A stretch of 63,924 nucleotides of DNA, filler included. It is 4 parts of 4 records of this genome, joined end to end, with 100 filler letters (N's around TTAATTAATTAA, not from the genome) between each part and the next. Parts side by side here need not be neighbours in the genome. Positions count along the whole stretch, not along the records: positions 16,230 to 45,365 come from SRR22947727_3375; 3 more parts are not named here. The stretch is one strand, 5' to 3'. How positions within the stretch are numbered: the stretch's first letter is position 1; each line of letters opens with the position of its first letter. Of this stretch, positions 18,680-27,488 are shown one piece after another. The translations under genes and the position numbers were made by a program. Under the pieces are notes generated by a model that was not told the DNA's origin, made no database searches, and was given only the letters and a program-made list of their open reading frames with translations.

Positions 18680-19588
18680 ATGAAGAAATTAGTATCAGCA
18701 CTTATCGCTTCTACAGCGTTATCAACCGCTTCATTTGCGGGTGGTCACTCAATATCTGAGTTTCGTATTGGAATATTAGGTGGAGAAAACGCACAAGACC
18801 GCTTAACAAATAATGAATGCTTTCGTGAAAAAGCCGAAGATCTACTCGGCGTCCCCACAAAAATATTTGCACCTGCTGATTACGATGGCGTAATCCAGGG
18901 TCTTTTGGGTGGTACTATCGATATGGCTTGGCTGGGTGCATCAGGTTACGCCAAAACCTTTATCGCAAATCCTGAAGCAGTAGAACCCATCCTAGTTGCA
19001 GTCAATATGGACGGTGGCTACGGTTATTATTCAGTTGGTTTTGCCAGAAAAGATAGCGGTATATCATCCCTTGATGACATGAAGGGAAAAGTTTTTGGTT
19101 TCGGTGATCCGAACTCAACCTCCGGGTATTTAATACCATCAATCGAAATTCCACAAGCAACTGGTGCCACTATGGACTCCGGTGATTATTTTGGTGAAGT
19201 TAAGTTCACCGGTGGTCATGAGCAGACGATTGTCGCCGTTAACAATGGCGATGTCGACGGAGGCGTTACTTGGGCCGATGGGCTTGGTGATTGGGAAGAC
19301 GGTTTCAATGCTGGTGCGTTAAGGAGAGCAGTTGATGCAGGTCTTGTTGATATGAATGACATGGTACAAATTTGGCAGTCAAAGCCGATTCCAGAGGGTC
19401 CAGTTGTTATAAGGAAAGATCTTCCATCTGACGTGAAGGTTAAGATCACGGGTTTAACCGCAAGTTTACATTCAATGGATCCTGAATGCGCTTACGGGGT
19501 CTTTGCAGGTGAACGACTGGGAGTTATGCCGATAGGTCATGAGGCATACGAAATCATCGTAGAAGCACGTAAGCTAAAATCAAAGTAA
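18680..19588 (+). CDS. phnD: Phosphonate ABC transporter periplasmic binding protein
   Basis: Signal peptide; GILGGENAQDR, DYDGVIQG, GDPNSTSG, GGHE. Confidence 0.95.
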   Translation: MKKLVSALIASTALSTASFAGGHSISEFRIGILGGENAQDRLTNNECFREKAEDLLGVPTKIFAPADYDGVIQGLLGGTIDMAWLGASGYAKTFIANPEAVEPILVAVNMDGGYGYYSVGFARKDSGISSLDDMKGKVFGFGDPNSTSGYLIPSIEIPQATGATMDSGDYFGEVKFTGGHEQTIVAVNNGDVDGGVTWADGLGDWEDGFNAGALRRAVDAGLVDMNDMVQIWQSKPIPEGPVVIRKDLPSDVKVKITGLTASLHSMDPECAYGVFAGERLGVMPIGHEAYEIIVEARKLKSK

Positions 19589-19604
19589 AAAGTAAAATCG
19601 TACC

Positions 19605-19631
19605 GGTAGGCCTCATTAATCAAGGCCTACC
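19605..19631 (+). terminator. Intercistronic stem-loop after phnD
   Basis: GGTAGGCCT-N9-AGGCCTACC; no U-tract, so more likely an mRNA stabiliser. Confidence 0.55.
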
Positions 19632-19647
19632 AACTCTTAGGAATGTA

Positions 19648-20517
19648 ATGTCTGAAATAACCTCAACTCAAAAATACGAAGCAGACTATTTCGAGCTTAT
19701 AAAAAAACGCCGCACATATAGCGTTATTCTACTTGGTGTTTTTATCGTTCTTATGATATCTGGCTTCAATACTGTAGATAGCAGGAATGCAGGCGGCTTT
19801 TGGGCGGGTATTACGAAAGTCTTTGACTTTCCCGGAGAAGTGATTTCAGAGGCTTATGAAAAAGCGGAAAAAATTCCAAGTCTTTTCATCAAATTCTTTC
19901 CATCACTAATAGAGACGATTAACATAGCGGCTGCAGCAACCTTGGTAGCGTCAATATTTGCTATAATGTTGTCGATGCTCGCAACGCAAGGCATGGCTAA
20001 GTGGCCACGGCTCATTCCAGTTTTTAGACGTATCTTGGACGTCATGAGAGCAATTCCTGATTTTGTAATAGCGCTTGTATTAATCTTTATTCTTGGCGGT
20101 GGCCCTGTCCCGGCCATGATTGCCATCACCTTTCACACAACAGGAGCGCTTGGAAAATTATTTTCGGAAGTTAACGAAAATGCATCACTTCAGCCCATTG
20201 ATGGATTGTCCTCTGTGGGTGCAAGTTGGATGCAAAAAATGCTACTTGGCGTTGTACCACAAGTCTCTCCCAACTATTTCAGTTATGCCCTATTACGGTT
20301 TGAGATCAACATTCGTACTTCAGCTATTCTAGGTTTTGTTGGTGCTGGTGGAATTGGTTATGATTTAAAAAATGCGATTTCATGGGGTAAAGGTCGATAC
20401 GACGAAGCTGGTGCTATTTTTATTCTTTTGTTTTTAACCATTGTTATTGTTGATCAGCTGTCTGGAATATTGCGGGATCGTTTGACACACGGCAGAAAAT
20501 CTGAGGGGTTTCTATGA
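19648..20517 (+). CDS. phnE: Phosphonate ABC transporter permease
   Basis: GALGKLFSEVNE, LLRFEINIRTSAILGFVGAGGIG. Confidence 0.95.
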   Translation: MSEITSTQKYEADYFELIKKRRTYSVILLGVFIVLMISGFNTVDSRNAGGFWAGITKVFDFPGEVISEAYEKAEKIPSLFIKFFPSLIETINIAAAATLVASIFAIMLSMLATQGMAKWPRLIPVFRRILDVMRAIPDFVIALVLIFILGGGPVPAMIAITFHTTGALGKLFSEVNENASLQPIDGLSSVGASWMQKMLLGVVPQVSPNYFSYALLRFEINIRTSAILGFVGAGGIGYDLKNAISWGKGRYDEAGAIFILLFLTIVIVDQLSGILRDRLTHGRKSEGFL

Positions 20518-21821
20518 ATATAAATAACACAGAAACTTTTAAGTCAGATGTATACGAGCTTTTTTATTTTAAACGTGCTTGGGCATTTGGTATTCCAATA
20601 GTTATCCTAGCATACCTCACGTATGTTTTTATTTCCTTCGATATCCTAGGCCTGAGTGAAAGAGGGTCCCTACAAAACGCAAAAAGTTTAGTGGGGGACA
20701 TGTATAGCCACAAAGTGCATGTCACTCGTGATAACCGAAAAGGCGATATTTCAATATCAATTGAAGGTGAAAAGAAAGGTAGATATCCATCGGGAGAAGC
20801 ACCGGAGTGGATAGAATTAGGTAGTACAAGCAAAGTAGATCTAGGCAACGGGCATTTGATTTATTTTGGTGAAAAAGATGTTGTATATGAGGTACCTGAT
20901 TACGGTAGAATTTGGGCTGAACCCGGTTTACGTGGTGTACAGGCGGAATATCCAGATGGACCCTTACCAGAGTGGATAAACCAGTCAAAAAACCGAGTTA
21001 CTATTACAACGGACGCAGGTCGCCTCACAATTACCCGAAATCGTACTGAAGTATTCAGATATTTTTATGGCTGGGAATTATTCTTCTTTACACTGGACAG
21101 CCAATATCATGGCAAAACCATATCTGAATTAGCCTCGCTAGCAGTCAATGGCGAGCTGTCAAAAATAATGAGAGATTTTTGGTACAATAAAATGTGGAGG
21201 CACTCCGATGTTGCTTGGGCGATTGGAGAAACTATTTTAATGGCTTTTTTGGGCACATTTGGAGCCGCCTTGGTAGCCTTCCCTCTTGCTTTCTTGGCAG
21301 CAAAAAATATTACACCTCTACAGCCCATCAGGTTTTTTTTCCGGCGGATATTTGATTTCACCAGAGGCCTAGATCATTTGTTATGGACAATAATCTTGGC
21401 ACGTGCTTTCGGACCCGGACCACTAACTGGGGCCCTAGCCATGGTTGTTACTGACACCGGTACGTTTGGAAAGCTATTTTCAGAGGCACTAGAAAATGTC
21501 GACAGCAAACAGATAGACGGAGTAAAGTCAACGGGAGCGCGAAATATACAGCGCTATCGTTTTGGAATTATCCCGCAACTTACCCCGGTTTTACTCAGTC
21601 AAATTTTATATTACTTTGAATCAAATATTCGTGGAGCAACCGTCATCGGTGCGATGGTCGGTGGAGGTATAGGCCTGATGCTTACTCAGGCAATTATCAC
21701 CCAAAGTAACTGGGAAGAAGTGACTTATTACATTATATTAATAATATTTCTGGTCACAGCTACTGACTGGCTATCAGGAAAAATCCGACAACGATTGATC
21801 AAGGGGTCCTTGGACAGTTAA
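20514..21821 (+). CDS. phnE: Second phosphonate ABC permease with a large periplasmic loop
   Basis: ETILMAFLGT, GTFGKLFSEALE, FESNIRGATVIG; ATGA-coupled. Confidence 0.93.
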   Translation: MNINNTETFKSDVYELFYFKRAWAFGIPIVILAYLTYVFISFDILGLSERGSLQNAKSLVGDMYSHKVHVTRDNRKGDISISIEGEKKGRYPSGEAPEWIELGSTSKVDLGNGHLIYFGEKDVVYEVPDYGRIWAEPGLRGVQAEYPDGPLPEWINQSKNRVTITTDAGRLTITRNRTEVFRYFYGWELFFFTLDSQYHGKTISELASLAVNGELSKIMRDFWYNKMWRHSDVAWAIGETILMAFLGTFGAALVAFPLAFLAAKNITPLQPIRFFFRRIFDFTRGLDHLLWTIILARAFGPGPLTGALAMVVTDTGTFGKLFSEALENVDSKQIDGVKSTGARNIQRYRFGIIPQLTPVLLSQILYYFESNIRGATVIGAMVGGGIGLMLTQAIITQSNWEEVTYYIILIIFLVTATDWLSGKIRQRLIKGSLDS

Positions 21822-21839
21822 GTTCATCTCATCAGCATA

Positions 21840-22454
21840 ATGGCAAGATTAAAACCCGAAAGCCCGTACATTCATTCAGATGTCGAATTTATAGACAGTA
21901 CCGTTGGGCGCTACTGTGAGATCGGCAGGGGCTCGAGAATAAACAACTCTATAATTGGTGATTACTCATATTGTGACAGATACACAGACATCGCCAACGC
22001 ATCTGTGGGAAAGTTTTCAAATATAGCAAGCTTTGTCCGAATAGGCGCTTCTGATCATCCTTTAGACCGCGCAAGTCTGCATCACTTTCAGTATCGTTCG
22101 GATGACTATTGGGATAACGCAGCTGCTGATAATGCATGGTTTGAAAAAAGAGAGAACCGCATTTCATATATCGGGCATGATACCTGGTTGGGACACAATG
22201 CACAAATTAAGCCAGATATAACAATAGGACATGGTGCCGTTATAGCCTCGGGTGCGGTCGTAACGAAAAGTGTTTCCCCATATACCATCGTTGCGGGGGT
22301 CCCTGCCAAACCTCTTCGAGTTAGGCTTGCCCGCAGATTAGCAAACAAAATGATTGAATTGGCATGGTGGGACTGGGATCATGACAAAATAGAAGAATGC
22401 TTGCCGGATTTTAGAAATTTATCTGTCGAAGCATTTATATACAAATACGGATAG
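21840..22454 (+). CDS. Hexapeptide-repeat acetyltransferase of phosphonate operons (CAT/Vat-like)
   Basis: IGDYSY, VGKFSNIAS, IGHDTWLGH, YTIVAGVPA, LAWWDW. Confidence 0.9.
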   Translation: MARLKPESPYIHSDVEFIDSTVGRYCEIGRGSRINNSIIGDYSYCDRYTDIANASVGKFSNIASFVRIGASDHPLDRASLHHFQYRSDDYWDNAAADNAWFEKRENRISYIGHDTWLGHNAQIKPDITIGHGAVIASGAVVTKSVSPYTIVAGVPAKPLRVRLARRLANKMIELAWWDWDHDKIEECLPDFRNLSVEAFIYKYG

Positions 22455-22478
22455 CTACCTTTGAAGCAGCAACAGTGC

Positions 22479-22733
22479 TTATGCCAATGTTTTGAAAAGA
22501 CTTTCCATAAGCTTTCCACTCACAAATGTAAACTTTCCTTTGCTAACTGTAGCCTCGATAGCCGTGTTAGATCGATCAACGATTACAATATTTGCCCGTT
22601 TGTCAAAAGCTAGTTCACCCACGTCACCAAGCCTCATAATACGAGCAGGATTACGCTAAATTAAATCCCAACTTTGTTCCAAGGTAAGAACTCGTTCGCG
22701 CACAAGTTTTAATGCAGCTAAATATAGACTGGG
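22479..22733 (-). pseudogene. 3' remnant of a phnM-like amidohydrolase
   Basis: PSLYLAALKLVRERVLTLEQSWDLI*RNPARIMRLGDVGELAFDKRANIVIVD...EATVSKGK, with an internal TAG; aligns with the C-terminus of 36099-37337. Confidence 0.85.
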
Positions 22734-22735
22734 AT

Positions 22736-22865
22736 TGTCTAGCTCCCTATATTCGTCCATTGATTTTGGTTTCTCTAATAAGGTTTCTGGTACGGGTGGA
22801 CGCATGTTTAATGCGTGATAAGGTCTGATCTGGTTGTATTGCATGAGTCAAAAATTGATAGCTTT
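22736..22865 (-). mobile_element. IS3-family right-end remnant
   Basis: YNQIRPYHALNMRPPVPET is the OrfB C-terminal motif YN..RPH.AL...P; terminus ...GGGAGCTAGACA at 22736. Confidence 0.8.
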
Positions 22866-23027
22866 GCAAGCATATTGGTCGGCCATAGTGAAAATGATTT
22901 TTGGCGGTGTTACCCTGCTAGTCTCAGCTAATAAAAAGCTTAAATATCTTTTATTCGAGGTGCAATTTTTTTATGCCCTTCAGGGTTAACGATGCTTCGT
23001 CAAACTCGTAACGACGTCGGGGTCAAA

Positions 23028-23948
23028 TCAACGCCAAAACGGGTTGGACCATGCGCGATTTCCAGCGGCGTCGATCACCGTGACGCGCAACCAGCCGCTG
23101 TTTTTAAATCGCTCTAACGCAACCCCGGTGCGCGTCATAGAATGACCGTGCATCGCGACCGCGGCAGACCCTTGGCCTTGCACAATCACTGATCGCACGG
23201 CTGAGCTTTCAACGATTACACTCCTGTCCCCCCAGTGTAGGCCGTACAGCTCCGGTCCGGTCGAGCTATAATAACTTCCGGCTTTCAAGGCTTCTAGTAA
23301 TGCCTCGGGTGTATTCTCTTTGGATTTAACCATTACCCATCCGCCAAAATGGTCCGGTTCAGAAAAATGTGCGTCATCGGTGGCACACAACGTCAACTTG
23401 CGCCCTTCTGTTAACAATTGATCGAGCGTGTAAAAGCCGTGGGGACGGTCGCAGCCAGTCGCACAGCCATGGTTGTAAACTTCGACTGCATGAGCTGCTT
23501 CGATGCTTCGTGCATCTGCCGTCGTCAAGCCCGACCATTCCGGGTGTGCCACAGCCACAAAGGCTCCGGAGGCGCAAGCACGTGCAGCCAGTGCAGGACC
23601 GCTTTCCTGATAAGGCGTGGCGTAAAAGTCAGGCGCGTCAGGCCGGGCAAAATCAGGAGGTAATCCGACCGCAAGAATATGCCAGAGCTCCCCATTTTCC
23701 ATGGCGCCCGAATGCAGTTCAGCACCAAGAATTGTTGTGAAATCTACATCCCTGAAATCGGTCGTATCGGTGATTGGATAATCGTAACGACCAATAAAAT
23801 GGTCCGTCAGCGCAATAAAATCGTAGCCTTCGGCTTTATAGCGACGGCATACTTCTGCAGGCTCCAGCACCCCGTCAGAGCGTGTGGAATGAGTATGAAG
23901 ATTGCCGCGCCAGAATTTACCAGGCAGTGAAAAAATATCAGTCTGCAT
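23028..23948 (-). CDS. PHP-family metallo-phosphoesterase (CehA/McbA-like)
   Basis: GNLHTHSTRSDG, IALTDH, GAELH, VAHP, EVYN, ATDDAH, AWSNP; start at ATG 23948 after AAGAGG. Confidence 0.9.
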   Translation of the reverse strand: MQTDIFSLPGKFWRGNLHTHSTRSDGVLEPAEVCRRYKAEGYDFIALTDHFIGRYDYPITDTTDFRDVDFTTILGAELHSGAMENGELWHILAVGLPPDFARPDAPDFYATPYQESGPALAARACASGAFVAVAHPEWSGLTTADARSIEAAHAVEVYNHGCATGCDRPHGFYTLDQLLTEGRKLTLCATDDAHFSEPDHFGGWVMVKSKENTPEALLEALKAGSYYSSTGPELYGLHWGDRSVIVESSAVRSVIVQGQGSAAVAMHGHSMTRTGVALERFKNSGWLRVTVIDAAGNRAWSNPFWR

Positions 23949-23988
23949 TACGAGCCTCTTTTTTATCATTCATTCATAACAAAGCTAT

Positions 23989-24006
23989 GTGAAATTGGTG
24001 TGACGA
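23989..24006 (-). promoter_or_regulatory. Pho-box-like site upstream of the PHP gene
   Basis: TCGTCAC-ACCA-ATTTCAC, plus a TTGTCAT half-site at 24008-24014. Confidence 0.55.
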
Positions 24007-24079
24007 AATGACAACCAACGACATGAAAGACCATAATTCTCCGCCAGCTCTGCTGGCCGCAAAAGACTGGCCTACGGCT

Positions 24080-24199
24080 GAGCGCCCTAGGTAATTTATG
24101 ATGAACGTGGGCATTTCGACTTTTAATTGGACTGTTACATTCAATGCAAAGCCAGTTGTCACGATCCAAAATCTGTAATCTGCTTGTTCGCCAGCTCAT
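24080..24199 (-). pseudogene. HNH endonuclease N-terminal fragment
   Basis: WRTSRLQILDRDNWLCIECN...AHVHHKLPRAL; the expected GG...N...C..CH half is absent. Confidence 0.75.
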
Positions 24200-24435
24200 A
24201 AACGGATGCTCTTAAATAGGAAAAATGCAATCATCATCGTCGCAGTCTTCATCGCCATAGTCTATTTGTGCATTTGAATTTTCAGTTAATGTTTTTAAAG
24301 CGTCATAAATATCACTATTTTCCACGGTGAATTTTTACGCAGTAAATCCCAATTCAGTGCATCAAAGCCTGCGAGTATACGCATTAAAAAACGTTCAGTT
24401 TTGGTTTGATCCATAACTTGGTTGTCAAGAAGCCC

Positions 24436-24500
24436 CTGTTAAGTCTGTTAAGAGTATTAACTAGAGACAATTAAATTAACAGAATTAATAGACTTAACAC
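24436..24500. repeat. Inverted array of 9-bp repeats (origin/iteron-like)
   Basis: CTGTTAAGT CTGTTAAGA GTATTAACT, an 11-nt spacer, then three inverted copies (minus strand GTGTTAAGT CTATTAATT CTGTTAATT). Confidence 0.75.
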
Positions 24501-24506
24501 CCTACT

Positions 24507-25303
24507 TTATAACAACCTGCTTTCGAATAGCCTGTACGGCAATGTGCGATTTTCGCGTGTAATTCGTTCTTCGTTGAAAAGCTTTTGACACGCGCTAGTG
24601 GTTTGGGGCCCAGAGCGCTCTAATTGATTTTCTATCTCGAAAACCCTAAGCTCGTTGTCTTGCAGCAGTTTTAAAATTTTTGCTTGTAACGGTGCTTTAT
24701 CTTCCAGCTCAGCCGCTATGCCGGATCTCTCAGAATAAACTCCGCCCTTAAAGTCTAATATGAGATTGCTTGAATAAATAAGCTGCCCCTTAGTACTTAG
24801 CTTCGTGTGCTCATTGCTCTGAGCGAGAACCATTAAGTTATCGGGTACGCCTTTCAGCGCTGTAAAGCCAATAATTTTTTCAAAAGGATCATCGCTGTCG
24901 TTGGCTGTGGGCTTGCCTGAATGCGTTAAAACAAGGCAGTCTATCTCGTGCTTATCAATAAGCTCTTTTATCTCTGCCATAGCCTGATATTTAGCGTCGT
25001 AGTGGCCTGTATTTTAACGTTTTAATTTAACTTAAATCTCTACAATGACTAACTCGGGTTTGTACTTTAAAAGCAGATTATCAAACTGATATTCGCCTCT
25101 TTTACCAATACGATCCATTTGGCCCTCAACGACAATATGTACTTGGTGCAATTCGGTAAAACGCTTAAAGTGTCCCTGCGCCATTCGTTCGTTATATTCT
25201 TAGGCAAAAATAAAGAACCTTCTTTTCAAGCGATACTTCTTTAGCAATTTGCTCTGCAAATGTGGATTTGCCTGCTTTTGTTGTTCCGCCAAGCAGCGTT
25301 AGT
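24507..25303 (-). pseudogene. RepA/AAA_25-like helicase with a C-terminal winged helix, degraded
   Basis: Walker A LLGGTTKAGKST, VLYFCL/E with a frameshift near 25200, ELVIVE, two internal stops, then LVLTHSGK. Confidence 0.8.
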
Positions 25304-25352
25304 CTGCTAGTTGACCAAGGATGTAGCCGTTCTCTGGGCTCCAAGCGTTTGG

Positions 25353-25514
25353 CTAATAGATCCTGCAACGGTTGACCAATGCAGAGAGTATCCCAAGGGT
25401 CGCCGTCTGAAAAAGGACAGCGTAGGCATAAAGCAATGTGCTGTGGCCAACAATCTGGGTCACCCCGAGGCCGATGGCGGGCAGGTAGTCACGGTTCAGT
25501 CGGGGCAGTTTCAT
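25353..25514 (-). pseudogene. MFS transporter N-terminal fragment
   Basis: MKLPRLNRDYLPAIGLGVTQIVGHSTLLYAYAVL resembles TM1 of LG.TQI.G.GTL.Y-type MFS proteins; only 53 aa. Confidence 0.6.
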
Positions 25515-25624
25515 CAATCAGACCCTGGGCGACTTGTCATAATGGGTCCAGCCATATCATGAGTTCACCAAGATCGATGACTGTTTTGGTAAGGAAAAAG
25601 ACTTGGTTTTCAAGCTCAACGGCA

Positions 25625-26818
25625 TTAGCTCACCTTGTTGCCCTGACTCCATACGCCGCGCAGCAGGGGTATATTACCGAGCTTGCACGCGCGCAAAACA
25701 TCCCCGCGTAAGCCTTTCTTCAAGGCACCACGGTCAACGAGCTGCACGGCATGCGCAGGGTTGGAGGTCACTGTTGAGATTCCGCGTGGCAGATCATTCC
25801 AGATTTCGGCCAGACGGAAGGCAGACAAAAGTAGCGCCGAGGGCACGTAGTCTGACGAAACGATATCCAAAAGGTCGGCTTGCGCAAGGTCTTGTGCTGC
25901 GACATTGCCAGAATGGGACTCGCCGCGGATCAGGTTAGGTGCACCCATCATTACGGCAATTCCGTGGGCGCGACAGGCCTGCGCGGCCTCGATTGTCGTG
26001 GGGAATTCCGCAAAGCCCACGCCGTTTGTCGCTGACGTAGCGACGTGGTCGGCGGTTGTATCGTCATGGCTGGCCAGAACCGCGCCAAGACGATCCCCAT
26101 GGGCAACAGCACCACTTTTGTGCTCAGACCCGAAGCGTTTTTGCAGAGCCAACAGGTTCTCAACGTGGTCTTTGAATTCGACGTCGGTCAAACCACGCTT
26201 TTTCGTCACATAGGTTTTTAAGGCAGTTAGGTCGCGAAATTGGCGCTGTCCCGGCGTGTGATCCATCAAACTGACGATCCCCACGCGGTCCTTTGGTCCG
26301 AATGCGGCCAGTTCTTCGAGCAATGTCTCCGAGCATATTTCAGCCCGAAGGTGGAGGAAGTGGCTGATCTTGAAAATGCCTGCTCCGCGGGCCGAAAGCA
26401 ATTCATCCGCGATTTTGCGGGCATAATCGCTATAGCGTGCCTTACCACTGTGGATCGATCCGACGCGCAGCGCATCAAATACGGTCGTAATACCCGTTGA
26501 AGCCAGCTCTGCATCATGGGCTATCAGCGCAGGAAGATGTGGCCAGTCAACTTCTGGACGAGGCTCGATGTGGCGTTCGAGGTTGTCGGTGTGCAATTCC
26601 ACCAGTCCAGGAATGACATAGTCATTTGCGCAATCGATGGCGCCGGTTGGGACCTGGTCCCCTTCACGAATGTCGCAGATCGTCCCATTCTCAATCGTCA
26701 CCGTTCCCTTGATCACCTGATCGGGCAGAACAAGCTGCGCATTGGCAAGACACAGGTCGCTTGACACATCACTGTCATACGCCTGTGTCACTGGGAGGGC
26801 AGGAAAAGGGGAATTCAT
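25625..26818 (-). CDS. phnM: Alpha-D-ribose 1-methylphosphonate 5-triphosphate diphosphatase
   Basis: PGLVELHTDNLE, HLRAE, SLMDHTPGQRQF, ASHDD, AEFPTT, SSDYVP; exact start uncertain. Confidence 0.95.
   Translation of the reverse strand: MNSPFPALPVTQAYDSDVSSDLCLANAQLVLPDQVIKGTVTIENGTICDIREGDQVPTGAIDCANDYVIPGLVELHTDNLERHIEPRPEVDWPHLPALIAHDAELASTGITTVFDALRVGSIHSGKARYSDYARKIADELLSARGAGIFKISHFLHLRAEICSETLLEELAAFGPKDRVGIVSLMDHTPGQRQFRDLTALKTYVTKKRGLTDVEFKDHVENLLALQKRFGSEHKSGAVAHGDRLGAVLASHDDTTADHVATSATNGVGFAEFPTTIEAAQACRAHGIAVMMGAPNLIRGESHSGNVAAQDLAQADLLDIVSSDYVPSALLLSAFRLAEIWNDLPRGISTVTSNPAHAVQLVDRGALKKGLRGDVLRACKLGNIPLLRGVWSQGNKVS
26772..26789 (+). promoter_or_regulatory. Pho-box-like site upstream of the DUF1045 gene
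   Basis: CTGTCAT-ACGC-CTGTGTC, inside the phnM 5' region on the opposite strand. Confidence 0.45.
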
Positions 26819-27488
26819 GTCGTACTCTCGATTTGCAATTTACTATGTGCCGCCTGCCGGGCCCTTGGCTGATTTTGGAGCGTCTTGGCTCGGATGGGAT
26901 GTGGTGCGTGGGCGTGAGGCAGCTCAACTGCCTATGCCCGAGTTGTATGACATCACGATGACACCGCGCAATTACGGGTTGCACGGGACATTGAAGCCGC
27001 CCTTTCGCCTGAAAGACAATCGGACGATGGCCACGCTGGAACAGGCGACAGCAGACCTGGCGGCGTCGCTGGCACCTGCGGTTTGCGATCCATTAGATTT
27101 GACGACACTGGGTGGGTTTTTGGCCTTGACGCCACGGGGCGAAACAAGCGCGCTTCAACGAGTGGCTGCGGCGTGCGTTCGTGACCTCGACGGGTTCCGT
27201 GCCCCTGCCAGCGCCGCAGAATTGGCCCGTCGCCGCGCCGTAGGGCTCAGCGTCTGTCAAGACGCCTTGCTTGTGCAATGGGGTTACCCTTATGTAATGG
27301 AAGAGTTCAAATTTCACCTGACCTTGTCGGGCCGCTTGCTCAAAGAAGACGTCGACCATTGGTCCCAGACGGTCCGGCGCGTGCTGCCGGATTTGAGTGC
27401 ACCTTTCGTCGTGGACCAGATTGCCCTGTGCGCTGAACGGGATGACGGTCGGTTCGAGCTGATCCAACGCTACACGCTCGCCGGATGA
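26817..27488 (+). CDS. DUF1045 2H-phosphoesterase of C-P lyase clusters
   Basis: RFAIYYVP, WLGWD, PRNYGLHGTLKPPF, WGYPYV..FKFHLTLSG (two HxT motifs). Confidence 0.92.
   Translation: MSYSRFAIYYVPPAGPLADFGASWLGWDVVRGREAAQLPMPELYDITMTPRNYGLHGTLKPPFRLKDNRTMATLEQATADLAASLAPAVCDPLDLTTLGGFLALTPRGETSALQRVAAACVRDLDGFRAPASAAELARRRAVGLSVCQDALLVQWGYPYVMEEFKFHLTLSGRLLKEDVDHWSQTVRRVLPDLSAPFVVDQIALCAERDDGRFELIQRYTLAG

Noticed and set aside
21840-22454. Chloramphenicol/streptogramin resistance gene
   Set aside because: Hexapeptide acetyltransferases of this type are regular members of alphaproteobacterial phn transporter operons; no evidence for resistance.
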